From sequence record PP601403.1: 64,000 bases of DNA; one strand, given 5' to 3'. The notes below the pieces were generated by a model. It was not told the DNA's origin. It saw only the letters and a program-made list of their open reading frames with translations, and made no database searches. Every line of letters begins with the position of its first letter. Positions within the stretch are counted from its first letter, which is position 1. A program made the position numbers and the translations under genes. Below, one piece after another: positions 46,557 to 56,916 of this stretch.

Positions 46557-47852
46557 ATGGCTCAAACAGTTATCGGACAAGTCCCTGAACCTGTCCAAGA
46601 AGAAAGAGCAATGGATAAAGTCTATCGACACTCCATTGTAGAATCTCATTACACACCCCATACAAGTTTACTTTCATTTGTATCAGGTTCTCCTACATTA
46701 GTTGAGTGGTACAGAGGTAGTTATGGTACCGACGAAGAACAACATGCTTTCACCCCTGACTCTATTGAGACATATAGTTCTTATAAAAGAATCAGAAATC
46801 TCATAGTTAAGCTAGATGACGGTAATGGTAGTTTTAACTTTGACCAAACTAATGCTCAATCTGAACTCACTTATACTGGATATGTGATTTTTGATCTGAC
46901 ACCTAACAAAGGTGATCTTTTCATTAAAGATATTGGTGACGGGCGGGCTGGTCTGTTCAAACTTACTGAACAACCAGAGATTCGTTCTATTGCTGCTGAT
47001 AAGTGTTATTACTTTGAAGCTAAACTCTTTGGTGTAGTGACAGAGGAGATTGAGAATAACTTAAACAGTAAAGTTATTGAAGATCTTTATTACTCCAAAG
47101 ACATTGCTGTAGCTGGCGGTAACGCTGTTCTCACCAAAGACGATACTCAGCTTAATAAGAAACTCTATGATTTCCAATTGGCGATTATGGATGAGATCCT
47201 TGGTAACCATTTCTTCTCTGATGAAAACACTATTGTTATTCCTAATGAAAAGAATGATTATCTCTACGATCCTTATTTAGCTAAGTTCCTCTCTTATACA
47301 TTCCCAGTTAAACTACTTGGGAGTCGTAACAAGATTGAATTACTCAATGTCAACTATTGGGTAGATTCTGGTAAGATGCAAGAACCTCTCACTGTCTGGG
47401 ATATGTTCTATCGTAATGGGTTTGATCATCCTAAACGGTTTAAACAAGATTACTTTGTTCATAACCGAAATGAGATGATGAACACTCGTGGTTATGGTAA
47501 TGTTTACTTTAGCAAAATGGATAGAGTAATCGTAATTCATAAACCATCTGCTATGGGACAGGCTTACGACTTTAAAGGTGGATTGTTACCACAAGGTGTT
47601 TACACCCCTCATCCATCAGCAGAGGGTGAAGATTACCAGTACTACTTCTCCAAAGAGTTTTACGAGGGAGGTGGCACTGAGATGGAACAATTCATCTGGA
47701 AGATGTTCAAAGATAAAACCATTGGCAAAAAAGAGTTGGTTGATATTCTAGAGAAATTCTGGGATTTGACACCAGTCGATAAACTGTATATGAGCGGTAT
47801 CTACGTAGGAGCCTGTAAAACAGCTCTGGTGACGTCGAGCGCTTATGTCTAA
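46557..47852 (+). CDS. Virion structural protein, T4 gp14-like neck/head-closure candidate
   Basis: PNKGDLFIKDIG...LFKLT resembles the gp14-type P..GDLIY...LFEI pattern. Confidence 0.45.
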   Translation: MAQTVIGQVPEPVQEERAMDKVYRHSIVESHYTPHTSLLSFVSGSPTLVEWYRGSYGTDEEQHAFTPDSIETYSSYKRIRNLIVKLDDGNGSFNFDQTNAQSELTYTGYVIFDLTPNKGDLFIKDIGDGRAGLFKLTEQPEIRSIAADKCYYFEAKLFGVVTEEIENNLNSKVIEDLYYSKDIAVAGGNAVLTKDDTQLNKKLYDFQLAIMDEILGNHFFSDENTIVIPNEKNDYLYDPYLAKFLSYTFPVKLLGSRNKIELLNVNYWVDSGKMQEPLTVWDMFYRNGFDHPKRFKQDYFVHNRNEMMNTRGYGNVYFSKMDRVIVIHKPSAMGQAYDFKGGLLPQGVYTPHPSAEGEDYQYYFSKEFYEGGGTEMEQFIWKMFKDKTIGKKELVDILEKFWDLTPVDKLYMSGIYVGACKTALVTSSAYV

Positions 47853-47867
47853 CACGAGGTATAGGAA

Positions 47868-48530
47868 GTGGATCTAACACGCTACAATCACGTTAGAGAG
47901 AACTTGGTGAGTCTTTACAAAACGATTACCGAAGAAACCTTTAACGTTTACATTCCAAAGAGTTCTTTCCTTACATTGAAACAGATTAAACAAATAGAAA
48001 AGAACCCACCTATTAACGGAATGGAGTCTTACGATAACGTGATCGAACGTCCACTTTCTATCCTGCGTATGGCTCAAGCCTTTTCAATGGTTGGGGAAGA
48101 TGACGTTAACTTGGCATTCAGATATCCAAGGAAGGATATTCCAAGGATCTATAACTCCATTCAAGATTACATCATGTATTGGTTAGAGATTAAACGTAAC
48201 TATGCAAGATTTGATTCCCCTGGATTAGATGAATTAGAAATTCTTGAGAAAGTTGCTAAGTATGTTTTCTCTGCTTATAAGGAATATCATATTCAAGAAG
48301 TCAATGATAAGTTCGGTGTTGCTAAGCAATCTGACATGACACTGATGGATTACATCAAAGGCACTTGGATGTATGGTGAACAGTTCCAAGAGAACATCTC
48401 ATTTATAAGCCACCTAGCTGTCTATAGAGAAGAGAATAACCTTTCCCAGTCCCATCACATTACCCAGAGCTCAAGTGATCTCCTACGTGATCTGATGGCT
48501 CTTAAGAACAGGTCAGGGATGGGGGATTAA
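47868..48530 (+). CDS. Hypothetical protein (GTG start)
   Basis: 220-aa ORF in the operon. Confidence 0.6.
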   Translation: MDLTRYNHVRENLVSLYKTITEETFNVYIPKSSFLTLKQIKQIEKNPPINGMESYDNVIERPLSILRMAQAFSMVGEDDVNLAFRYPRKDIPRIYNSIQDYIMYWLEIKRNYARFDSPGLDELEILEKVAKYVFSAYKEYHIQEVNDKFGVAKQSDMTLMDYIKGTWMYGEQFQENISFISHLAVYREENNLSQSHHITQSSSDLLRDLMALKNRSGMGD

Positions 48531-48532
48531 TT

Positions 48533-49879
48533 ATGGGTTTAAACAGCCAAATAGAAGGTTTCTTAAAACAAGCCGGTATTGTTGAAAAGAGATCTGATAA
48601 ACTAATCGATAGTACTAGAATTAAAGCTGTAGTGATAACACCTAAAGCACAGTTTAAAGCATTGGGTGTAACACACTTTACAGAAGTAGCGGATTTCATT
48701 TATAACCGGGCAGAAGTGGTAGCTATTAAACTAAGACTTCAGCCAAGTATTTATTTCGATCACGTTGTTCCTTATCGTGATGATCTAATTATTCAAGTTA
48801 TTATGGATTCAGAATCAGATATGGTGATACGAGAGTTTGTAGCTTCCCCTATGGGAGATAAAGACTTTCGAGCTCAAGGTAATAACTCTCAACAAGCTAA
48901 CTTAGATGCTTTTGATGAAACCAATATGGTTGAATATGAGTTTCAGTTAATTGATAAGGGTTATAACGTCCTTAAGAATATTCCTGTATCTGAAAACTTT
49001 ATGATGTGTAAACCAGGTGATGTACTTCCTCTGGTAATGGAGACATATAGTAAACAAGCTAAAATGCCAAGTGGGGTAAAATACAAAGGTCTGTATTTAC
49101 ACCAACCCATCGATAATCAGAATAACTATAGACAAATACTTATTCCCCAAGGTACAAGGTTAATTGATGTACCAAGTTATTTACAAGCTCATGACGAGTA
49201 CGGGATTTACTCTAAGGGGTTGGGTAGTTTCTATAAGCAGGGTTATTGGTGGATCTATCCGCTCTTTAATACAGAACTTGCTGATAAACATTATCGCCCT
49301 ATCGACATTATCCGTGTCCCTCAGGATAAAATACCCACTCTTGATATGACGTTTGTTAAAACTGCTGATGCATTAACTATTATCTCTACTGGTTATTCTG
49401 AACACAGTGATAACGCTGATGTGAGGAAACAAAACAGTGGTGTAGGTAAGCGTATAGTAATGGCGGATGCTATTGCTGGTGATACTGGTTATCATTATAC
49501 CAAAGGTAGAGCTGTTACTACTAGAGCAGATTCTCTCCAAGAGTATAAACTATCAGATAGACGTAATGGTCAAGAGTACATCCCACTTGATCTGAATCCC
49601 ACTAGTAACGTTTCTCTCCCTATGAGTGAGAACGCTATGAACGAAGGTGAGTTCATTGAAGTAGAATGGCACAACGGCGATGTAGGGTATTTGGAACCAG
49701 GACATCCTGTTAAATACCAGTACATGGGTGAAGGTAACGATATGGTAGTAAGAAAAGGATCTTTGTTAGGTTATCGACAAGATCATCTTCCTATTACCAG
49801 TGGATTAGAACCAGATATGAAACGTGTCTGTAAATTACTTCTATTCCTCAAACGCCAAGAAAAGTATAAAGCAACATAG
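48533..49879 (+). CDS. Baseplate hub-like structural protein (phiKZ gp101-like)
   Basis: 448 aa, beta-rich; synteny only. Confidence 0.4.
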   Translation: MGLNSQIEGFLKQAGIVEKRSDKLIDSTRIKAVVITPKAQFKALGVTHFTEVADFIYNRAEVVAIKLRLQPSIYFDHVVPYRDDLIIQVIMDSESDMVIREFVASPMGDKDFRAQGNNSQQANLDAFDETNMVEYEFQLIDKGYNVLKNIPVSENFMMCKPGDVLPLVMETYSKQAKMPSGVKYKGLYLHQPIDNQNNYRQILIPQGTRLIDVPSYLQAHDEYGIYSKGLGSFYKQGYWWIYPLFNTELADKHYRPIDIIRVPQDKIPTLDMTFVKTADALTIISTGYSEHSDNADVRKQNSGVGKRIVMADAIAGDTGYHYTKGRAVTTRADSLQEYKLSDRRNGQEYIPLDLNPTSNVSLPMSENAMNEGEFIEVEWHNGDVGYLEPGHPVKYQYMGEGNDMVVRKGSLLGYRQDHLPITSGLEPDMKRVCKLLLFLKRQEKYKAT

Positions 49880-49898
49880 CTAAAGGGTAATAAAATAA

Positions 49899-50150
49899 AT
49901 GAATGTTAATATTGATAACCTTGAACATGTGTTTGATACATTGAATGGGTTTGAATCTCTCTCTAATGGAGATCTTACTTCTCCAGATTCTATTTATGCC
50001 AAGACGGTATTGAAACTCAACGGTGTAGATTTTAAAGGCAGAGAAGGTTCTGAGAGTTTTGTCTCTTCTGTTAAAGCAGGTGCTCAAAAAGTTTATGAAA
50101 TGATTAAGAACTTTATAAAAGCTATTAGAGATTTCTTCTTTGGTAGTAAA
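49899..50150 (+). repeat. 252-bp inverted repeat, arm A (partner 62520..62771)
   Basis: Hand alignment gives 23 mismatches in 252 nt, with a ~67-nt perfect core. Confidence 0.9.
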
Positions 50151-50822
50151 ACAAAAGTTTCCAATGACATCAAAATTACTGAAAATAACACAAAGGAATT
50201 GGACACACTAATATTTGGAATCCCGAAGAGTGAATACGATGTATTTAAAGCCAAAGTTTCTGAAATTAAATTTGAAGGCGAACCTTTGTTTAATATCGGG
50301 ATGGAATTGGACACGTATGTTACTGGTTTAAATGGCTGGGAAGGTGGAGTAGAAAAGCGAGGGTTTACAGGTCCAACATTATCAGTTGCAAAACTATTAA
50401 ATGTTCCTAATATAGATTTTCACCACGTTACCAAAGTGGGGTTATTAGGTAAAGAAGTCACAAACACCCTGTCAAAAATAGAAGCTAACACTTTCTTTAC
50501 TATGAATGTCGAAGCTCTAACTAAAATTAAATCAGATATTAAGAAAATCTTACCAGCTAGTGCAAAGTTTAACGAAGAAGGTACCAAAACTCTTGAACAC
50601 TGGACTAAGTTTCTGGAAAAATGTAATGAGGATTGTAAGGGTAGAACGGTTTCTAATGAAGAATGGAAACGTGAATTTAATGTTAGGTACGATATACTTA
50701 CTTCCATAACCGTCAGTAAAGAACTAATCAGGGAATTAAAACACTGTCTTGATTATAACGCTAAACTCGTTGAAAAAATGAAAAACATGACTGGTAGGTG
50801 GAAAAAATATTTAGAACAATAA
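49899..50822 (+). CDS. Internal head protein with conserved propeptide cassette, copy A
   Basis: NGFES and EGSESF sites; the first 84 aa are 76/84 identical to 61818..62771. Confidence 0.7.
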   Translation: MNVNIDNLEHVFDTLNGFESLSNGDLTSPDSIYAKTVLKLNGVDFKGREGSESFVSSVKAGAQKVYEMIKNFIKAIRDFFFGSKTKVSNDIKITENNTKELDTLIFGIPKSEYDVFKAKVSEIKFEGEPLFNIGMELDTYVTGLNGWEGGVEKRGFTGPTLSVAKLLNVPNIDFHHVTKVGLLGKEVTNTLSKIEANTFFTMNVEALTKIKSDIKKILPASAKFNEEGTKTLEHWTKFLEKCNEDCKGRTVSNEEWKREFNVRYDILTSITVSKELIRELKHCLDYNAKLVEKMKNMTGRWKKYLEQ

Positions 50823-50832
50823 TAAACATATT

Positions 50833-50864
50833 GCTAACTCTAGACCTCGAGGTCTAGAGTTAGC
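50833..50864. terminator. Perfect 32-bp palindrome, bidirectional terminator
   Basis: gctaactctagacctc|gaggtctagagttagc between convergent genes. Confidence 0.8.
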
Positions 50865-50874
50865 TTATTATGAA

Positions 50875-51189
50875 TTAATTAGTACTAATACCAAAACTTC
50901 GATGACATACTACTTGATGTGTGTACGCATAACCACAAACAACACTAACAAGTCTAACACCACACTTGTCGTGAAAATTATATTGTAGTTTATTTTCGCT
51001 GTCGTCTTTTAATACCAAATTAGTATCAGAGAACTTACTGTTAGTAACGAGAACTTTGGCATTTATATTTGAAATATAACCACCGCTATCGATATCACAA
51101 CCATTGATAACTACATTGGAAGATTTATCCATCATCGTGTTCAAATCTTCAGTGTTAATGCGTTCTTCATTAACCATTAAACTAATCAT
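50875..51189 (-). CDS. Hypothetical protein
   Basis: 104 aa with RBS AAGGAAA, downstream of DnaB. Confidence 0.55.
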   Translation of the reverse strand: MISLMVNEERINTEDLNTMMDKSSNVVINGCDIDSGGYISNINAKVLVTNSKFSDTNLVLKDDSENKLQYNFHDKCGVRLVSVVCGYAYTHQVVCHRSFGISTN

Positions 51190-51222
51190 GTTTATTTCCT
51201 TTTACTCGGTCAGTAAAGTTAA

Positions 51223-52761
51223 TTAACCCATGTCATCAAAATCAGAACCACCGCCCATAGCTTCACTGCGATGAGAGAGTGACTTTCTGAAAGTCTTCTT
51301 ATCAAAGTTTATATCGTGAACTAACCCGTTTAGAGGGTCTAGTGGATAGATACCAAATCTAGCTGATTCAGCAGCACCTTCACCACGCATCTTACCTACA
51401 TAGTAAGTAAAGTAACATTCATCATTACTCATCTTAGCAACATGGAACGTAATCTCTACATCTACCTCGTTGGTCAGCTTGGTAGAACCCTCAGTCATTG
51501 ATTTACCACCAATGTCTCTTGCAAAGTAAATTTCAGAATCATCATCAGATTCACGAATAAACTTTTTAGCATCAGGGTTTAATTGATGAGGAGTAAAGAA
51601 TGCAGCACCACGTGAACTAAAGAAGTTTCGAGCACGACGATACAAGTCTTGAAGTCTATCGGAACGAGATTCGCCTTGACAACCAGTAAGATCAGCCATA
51701 GCCAAGTAATCATAAGCACCTACGATGATTTCATGACCACGAATTTCCAAGTTACGAACACGTTGCATAATTTCTGTGATGTTATCGTGACTTGGGTTTA
51801 CGCGAAAGAACTGGAAATCCCAACCATTATCTTTAAACCCGCTGATGATAGTTTCTACAACTGTATCAGTAGTTGCTTCAAAGAAGTTTGGTTTAACACC
51901 TGTTTTAGCAGTAACAAAAAGCTCGTACATACGTTTGAAAATCAAACCAAGAGAATCCTCAGCAGACATTAAACAAACAGTAGGAATACGACTCTTATCA
52001 CGCAATACAGGTTTATTATAAAGTGGAACAGATGCCAAGATATGAGCTAGACCAAATGACTTACCACGGTTAGTCAGTGCGTTGATCATGTAGAACAATC
52101 CACGACGAATACCTAAGTCTGGATAAAGTGCTTCATTCAAACCAGCTAAACCAGTTTTCATGATACCTTCAGCAGAAGTCTCTACTTTCAATAGATCGAT
52201 TACAGCTGCGATTGACTTTGGATCATTACTACTGGATTTCTCGACAACTGCTTTATCAAAGTTATTATCGGTATCTGAAATCTTAGCGGAGATAAGTTCG
52301 TTAATTTTAATCCAATCTTCTCTTGTTAGATCTTCTTCACCATCAAACAAGAATGGGCGAACCATGGACTTAAATTCATAACCAAATTTATTCTTAACAT
52401 CATTATCACGAAGTTCTTTGATAATCTCAAAAATAAGTTTACGACTATCTTCTTCGTTATATTGATCGTTAAATGTATTATTAAGAAGTTTCTCTAAAGT
52501 AGGATCAAGAATAACAATTTCACCAACTTTACTGACTGACAAAGATGTTATGATGTTGGAATCAACAGGTTGTTCCCTTATCCAAACTAAAAGTTTACGT
52601 AAGAGCGCTTCTACTCGTTTATCTTGTTGAACAAGACTTTCCTTACTTTTAGGAACCGATTCAGCCAACAAACTCAATTCATCCATCATGTCTGTATCGT
52701 GCAACCGCCAAGCTTGAAACATTGCTGTTGCTATTTTGACAAGACGAATTAGGTTATTCAT
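51223..52761 (-). CDS. dnaB: Replicative DnaB-like helicase (phiKZ gp118-like)
   Basis: Walker A ALTNRGKS, Walker B AYDYL, TPHQLN, and KMRG arginine-finger region. Confidence 0.88.
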   Translation of the reverse strand: MNNLIRLVKIATAMFQAWRLHDTDMMDELSLLAESVPKSKESLVQQDKRVEALLRKLLVWIREQPVDSNIITSLSVSKVGEIVILDPTLEKLLNNTFNDQYNEEDSRKLIFEIIKELRDNDVKNKFGYEFKSMVRPFLFDGEEDLTREDWIKINELISAKISDTDNNFDKAVVEKSSSNDPKSIAAVIDLLKVETSAEGIMKTGLAGLNEALYPDLGIRRGLFYMINALTNRGKSFGLAHILASVPLYNKPVLRDKSRIPTVCLMSAEDSLGLIFKRMYELFVTAKTGVKPNFFEATTDTVVETIISGFKDNGWDFQFFRVNPSHDNITEIMQRVRNLEIRGHEIIVGAYDYLAMADLTGCQGESRSDRLQDLYRRARNFFSSRGAAFFTPHQLNPDAKKFIRESDDDSEIYFARDIGGKSMTEGSTKLTNEVDVEITFHVAKMSNDECYFTYYVGKMRGEGAAESARFGIYPLDPLNGLVHDINFDKKTFRKSLSHRSEAMGGGSDFDDMG

Positions 52762-52799
52762 GCGTAACTCCTTGGTGAAAATTCTGTTAGGTAACTAAT

Positions 52800-53351
52800 A
52801 TGCAAGTTAAATTGGGATTGAAAGAGACCAACGTCTATTTCCTAAGGGAACAAGACCTTGATCTTTTGAATGCAAACAAGCTTCGACTTGTTGATCTACC
52901 TTATCTGCCTAAATTTGATAATGTGGTTGACAGTGACTGCTTGGACTGGTTGGAATACCAACGAGCAGTGGAAAAGCAATACTGTGGTTTTAAGAATACA
53001 ACTTATACACCTCTTGGTGATATTAAAAATGTTGAGTTTAACCGGACAGGTACGGTCTATAAAACAAAGTATCAAGATGTTCTAAATTCCGACAAGAAGG
53101 TTAAAACAGGAAAGCATTTTTACTTCCACACAGCTGGTGGTCAGGTATTCATCCTCAATAGTAATAATATTGTGAAGAACGCCTTGTTCACTGAAGTGCC
53201 GGGAGATCTGTCTACTGCTGTTTATCGTTCCCTGCTAAATGCAGTGGGTTCTGTAGAGTTTTATTTCCGAGACTCTAAGGACTTATTCAAAACGTGCGAA
53301 GAACGTGGTTTCGTTGATCCTGGTTTTATTCTGTCCAAAGTAGTTGCGTAA
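52800..53351 (+). CDS. Conserved hypothetical protein (phiKZ gp119-like)
   Basis: 183 aa between DnaB and the capsid gene, as in phiKZ. Confidence 0.55.
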   Translation: MQVKLGLKETNVYFLREQDLDLLNANKLRLVDLPYLPKFDNVVDSDCLDWLEYQRAVEKQYCGFKNTTYTPLGDIKNVEFNRTGTVYKTKYQDVLNSDKKVKTGKHFYFHTAGGQVFILNSNNIVKNALFTEVPGDLSTAVYRSLLNAVGSVEFYFRDSKDLFKTCEERGFVDPGFILSKVVA

Positions 53352-53388
53352 TGCTTTGTGATTAATAAGGATAGTTATACGTTTAATG

Positions 53389-53397
53389 AATGTTATG
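53389..53397 (+). promoter_or_regulatory. Putative late promoter for the major capsid gene
   Basis: aatgttatg about 80 nt upstream of the capsid start; TATG is the phiKZ late core. Confidence 0.5.
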
Positions 53398-53477
53398 CGT
53401 AAAACTCACTCCTGTTGCGCAAACAAATATATTTGTTTTCGATATCGACATGTCTTTTTAAATGGGAATTTCTCTTT

Positions 53478-55649
53478 ATGACTATCCAATTTTCCGTGAA
53501 GGGTGCTGGCAACAAAGGCGCTCACCTGAAGAACGTAATGGCTAACCTGCAAGCTGTACAATTCAAAGAAGGTAACGTCTGGGCTGGTATTACCGGTAAC
53601 GAATCTCTGAACGCTGTTGAAACCACCATCAATGCCGGTATCGGTTTTAACCAGAAGAATGCTCTGGCTTCCGCTATTGGTTCTTTTGCTGATCAAAGCT
53701 TTGCTGATCGTGCTGCTAAATTTGCTGACATGGTTAAAGTCGGTGGTATGGAATCTTTCTCTGCTTCTATGGAAGCTGGTAAGATCAACCGTCACAAAGC
53801 CGCTACTCTGGAACTGAACGCTCGTGGTAACCGTCAATGGGATGCTGCTGAAGAACTGTTCAAAACTGTTACCATCGGCTATGCTGACGAAAACCTGCAA
53901 CTGCCGATCGACGTAGCTGGTGTTGGTGCTTATAACGTTTCTGGTAACGTAAACGAATCTTTCGAAGATCTGCGCCCGATTGCTTCTGTTCTGGCTGATG
54001 ACAAGTTCTCCTCAGGTGATGACCTGAAACTGGTTCCGGTTTATCCTTCCGATGCAAGCAACCCCAATCGCGCAGCTTTCGTTGCTGAAGCCGACTGGAC
54101 TCCTTGGGACGAAGCTTATGAAGCCAATGACCTGCTGGGTCGTGAAGCTCACAAGACCAACTATCTGGCAATCCGCAAAGCTAACAACCTGATGAGTCTG
54201 TGTCAAGCTCCTGGTGCTCCGCGTTTTGAACAGAACGATGAAATCGAATCTGGTTCCATCCGTCTGAACAGCTTCCTGCTGAAGATCAAAACCAAAGATG
54301 GTGAGGGTTTTGCTACCCTGGACACTTCTACCATGTCCTCCACCGCTATGCGTCCTGGTACCGGTCTGACCTCTGATGAGAAGCGTCAAATCGCTTTCGT
54401 TATCAACGGTATGGACGTCGCCAACCTGAAGACCAAAGCTGGTGCGCCGACCCAACTGTTCAAAACCCTGACTGATGCCGGTCTGCAAGTCTTTGTACAG
54501 TTCGAGTACTCTGCTACCTATCAGCGCTCTACCCGTGCTCTGTCCCCGACTGTATCTCCTGTTACCATTGCTTATGTAATGAAGAACGGTGAGAAGCTGG
54601 TTCCGGGTACCGCTGGTATGCCTGCTGATATTCAAGCTCTGATCACTGCTCAGGTTGTAGAAGCTTCTGTTCACGGTGTTGTTCTGAAAATGAACCACAA
54701 CAACGTTAACCAGAGCCGCTACGGTACCACCGTTGTGTTCGCTAACACCATCAAGAACTACGGTGTTCGTCGTCGTAACCCGATCTCTGTTAAGTATCCG
54801 ATGCAAGGTGATGACACCAACGCTGACGTACTGGCTCAGCTGATCAAGCAGATGGATGTACTGGTTACTCGTGAAATGTCCCATGACGCATTCCGTGCAG
54901 CCCATGGTCACTTTGCATACCTGTATGACAACAACGGCCAGCAGATGGTTAACATCAACGATGATAGCTCCTCTGTTCTGCCGGGTCAGCACTTCCTGAA
55001 CACCACCGCTGTACACAGCAAGTTCAAGCTGCTGGAGCAAGTGTCTACTCTGGATTCCAAAGACGCTCTGGAGAACATCCGCGCTGTCCTGGTTAACAAG
55101 ATCTATGACATCATCACCGCTCTGCGTGTGAACTCCAACGTAGCTGCTTTGAAAGAGCTGGATGGTCGTGCTGAAGAGTATCGCGTAATCGCTCACTCCT
55201 CCATGGCTCCGTTCCTGATGAACGCAGGTGACTACCGTACCTTTGGTAACAACGTCAAGTTTGAAGTTGTTGAAACCAACATCAACTCTGAGAAGGGTCT
55301 ACTGTGGGTTGTACCGAAGTCCAACACTAAAGATGACGAAATCGACATCTACGGTGGTATGGGTATCTGTGTGACCAAGGAACTGCTGGTTATCGAAGGT
55401 GCTGTAACCCAAGCTGATCGTCAGTACCGTATGCTGATCACCCAGCCTGCTTATCAGCACCACGCTCTGAGTTGTGTTGCTGGCCTGGCCGAGATCGAAG
55501 ACATTGCTCAGCTGCTGAGTGACGAAGGTCTGATCAGTGCTGTCAACAAGCACATGGTACAAGTCAGTGGTTCCACCAATCCTGCCGGTGTCCAGAAGGT
55601 AGAAGTAACTAACTTCCCGGCTGGGGCTGGTACTGTAACTGTACCGTAA
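53478..55649 (+). CDS. Major capsid protein (phiKZ gp120-like); likely start MTIQFSV at 53478
   Basis: ~723 aa with the strongest codon bias in the window, TGNES/GGMESF propeptide sites, and DnaB-X-MCP synteny. Confidence 0.85.
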   Translation: MTIQFSVKGAGNKGAHLKNVMANLQAVQFKEGNVWAGITGNESLNAVETTINAGIGFNQKNALASAIGSFADQSFADRAAKFADMVKVGGMESFSASMEAGKINRHKAATLELNARGNRQWDAAEELFKTVTIGYADENLQLPIDVAGVGAYNVSGNVNESFEDLRPIASVLADDKFSSGDDLKLVPVYPSDASNPNRAAFVAEADWTPWDEAYEANDLLGREAHKTNYLAIRKANNLMSLCQAPGAPRFEQNDEIESGSIRLNSFLLKIKTKDGEGFATLDTSTMSSTAMRPGTGLTSDEKRQIAFVINGMDVANLKTKAGAPTQLFKTLTDAGLQVFVQFEYSATYQRSTRALSPTVSPVTIAYVMKNGEKLVPGTAGMPADIQALITAQVVEASVHGVVLKMNHNNVNQSRYGTTVVFANTIKNYGVRRRNPISVKYPMQGDDTNADVLAQLIKQMDVLVTREMSHDAFRAAHGHFAYLYDNNGQQMVNINDDSSSVLPGQHFLNTTAVHSKFKLLEQVSTLDSKDALENIRAVLVNKIYDIITALRVNSNVAALKELDGRAEEYRVIAHSSMAPFLMNAGDYRTFGNNVKFEVVETNINSEKGLLWVVPKSNTKDDEIDIYGGMGICVTKELLVIEGAVTQADRQYRMLITQPAYQHHALSCVAGLAEIEDIAQLLSDEGLISAVNKHMVQVSGSTNPAGVQKVEVTNFPAGAGTVTVP

Positions 55650-55689
55650 TAACTACGTAATGTAGTTAAGTTGTTAATACGCTAACTAA

Positions 55690-55722
55690 AACTCCTACTC
55701 TCCCAAAAGGAGAGTAGGAGTT
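55690..55722. terminator. Hairpin terminator after the capsid gene
   Basis: aactcctactctcc-caaaa-ggagagtaggagtt. Confidence 0.85.
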
Positions 55723-55748
55723 ATGTTTTGTCCTCTATTTTCTTTGTT

Positions 55749-55782
55749 CTATATTTTTTCAGATAGATATTATTAAGTTGTA
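55749..55782 (+). promoter_or_regulatory. Putative early promoter (copy 5)
   Basis: ctatattttttcagatagatattattaagttgta; upstream of the operon containing RNAP beta-N. Confidence 0.7.
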
Positions 55783-55829
55783 ATGTCAGGGAGGTTTATT
55801 TCTGATGTATTAATAGTAGAGAAAATAAG

Positions 55830-56858
55830 ATGAACAATTCACGAGTACATAAAAACTCTGAATTTGGATTTCGTTCTCTTATTGAGAACAATACTTTCGA
55901 AGATCTTTATCTAATTCACCGATCTGGCGTGAAGACCATTCTTCCAGCTAAGACCAGTGAAACGTTGAATAGAGATCCTTTCATGGTTAATCAATTGATT
56001 ATCTATGGGGAAGTAGGAGTACCCGATTGTGTATTAACAGATGTGATTGACACCAAAACTGGTGAAAGTCCTTTTCTGTTGGAACAACTGGGTAAACATC
56101 TATCCGAATTCAAACAAGAACATCCTTATTGCCAACATTGGGCAACACCTTGGGATCGTGCTTTCCATACCTGTCACGATATTAACAAGAACTATTTTGT
56201 TAGTGAATCACTGGGAGTATTGGTTTGTAAAGTTCCAGAGTTAGATAACGTTTTAGCTAAATCGGGATTTCTTCCCATGTACGCACTTCATAAAGAGATG
56301 CCAGAACCTAAGTTAGGTGACGACATGTCTATTGAGGACCGTAACTTTAGCAATAGTGATATTCTTCACGCAACAGCTGTAGTAATTGACAAGCGTAATA
56401 AAATGGGTACTCTCTGGACTACTGTGTTCGGACAGACTTACGAATTACCAGTCATCACCAACTCCCAATTGGAAGATGGTGTATATTTGAAATCAGGTAG
56501 CACTGGCAACGGTCCTTTTGAGTTTATTGCTTATAGCTCTACTGATTTTGATAAGCTGATTCGTGAACGCAATATCCATCGTAAACGTGACGATGCAATC
56601 TTTGATCCGAGTAATAAAGAACTGGCAGCTAAGTTAACTGAACTCAGTAAACTAAAAGCTGAACATAAGAAAGTAAAACTCGAATTACAAGAGTTGATAA
56701 TTGAGCACAAGAAAGTCAAGGAGAAACATAAAGACGAGTTTGATACTTTAAAAGGTAACAGGCTCAATAATACTATACTGGATTGGTTTAGAGCAATCAT
56801 GGGTCCGTTTGGAGGGGATATCAAACGTCTCATAGGTGGATTATTTACGTTTGCTTAG
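55830..56858 (+). CDS. Conserved hypothetical protein with a C-terminal coiled coil
   Basis: 342 aa; heptads KELAAKLTELSKLKAEHKKVKLEL. Confidence 0.65.
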   Translation: MNNSRVHKNSEFGFRSLIENNTFEDLYLIHRSGVKTILPAKTSETLNRDPFMVNQLIIYGEVGVPDCVLTDVIDTKTGESPFLLEQLGKHLSEFKQEHPYCQHWATPWDRAFHTCHDINKNYFVSESLGVLVCKVPELDNVLAKSGFLPMYALHKEMPEPKLGDDMSIEDRNFSNSDILHATAVVIDKRNKMGTLWTTVFGQTYELPVITNSQLEDGVYLKSGSTGNGPFEFIAYSSTDFDKLIRERNIHRKRDDAIFDPSNKELAAKLTELSKLKAEHKKVKLELQELIIEHKKVKEKHKDEFDTLKGNRLNNTILDWFRAIMGPFGGDIKRLIGGLFTFA

Positions 56859-56916
56859 TTGATAAACTAACTAGTAATGGATATAACAAGCACGACTAAC
56901 ATACAAAGGAGAAGCA

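Noticed and set aside
53415-53477. ORF-track start of the capsid gene at 53415
   Set aside because: The extra 21 codons lack an RBS and the gene's codon bias; 53478 has GGGA at suitable spacing.
54012-55196. 394-aa antisense ORF inside the major capsid gene
   Set aside because: Shadow frame caused by avoidance of TTA/CTA/TCA codons on the sense strand; no RBS or protein-like motifs.
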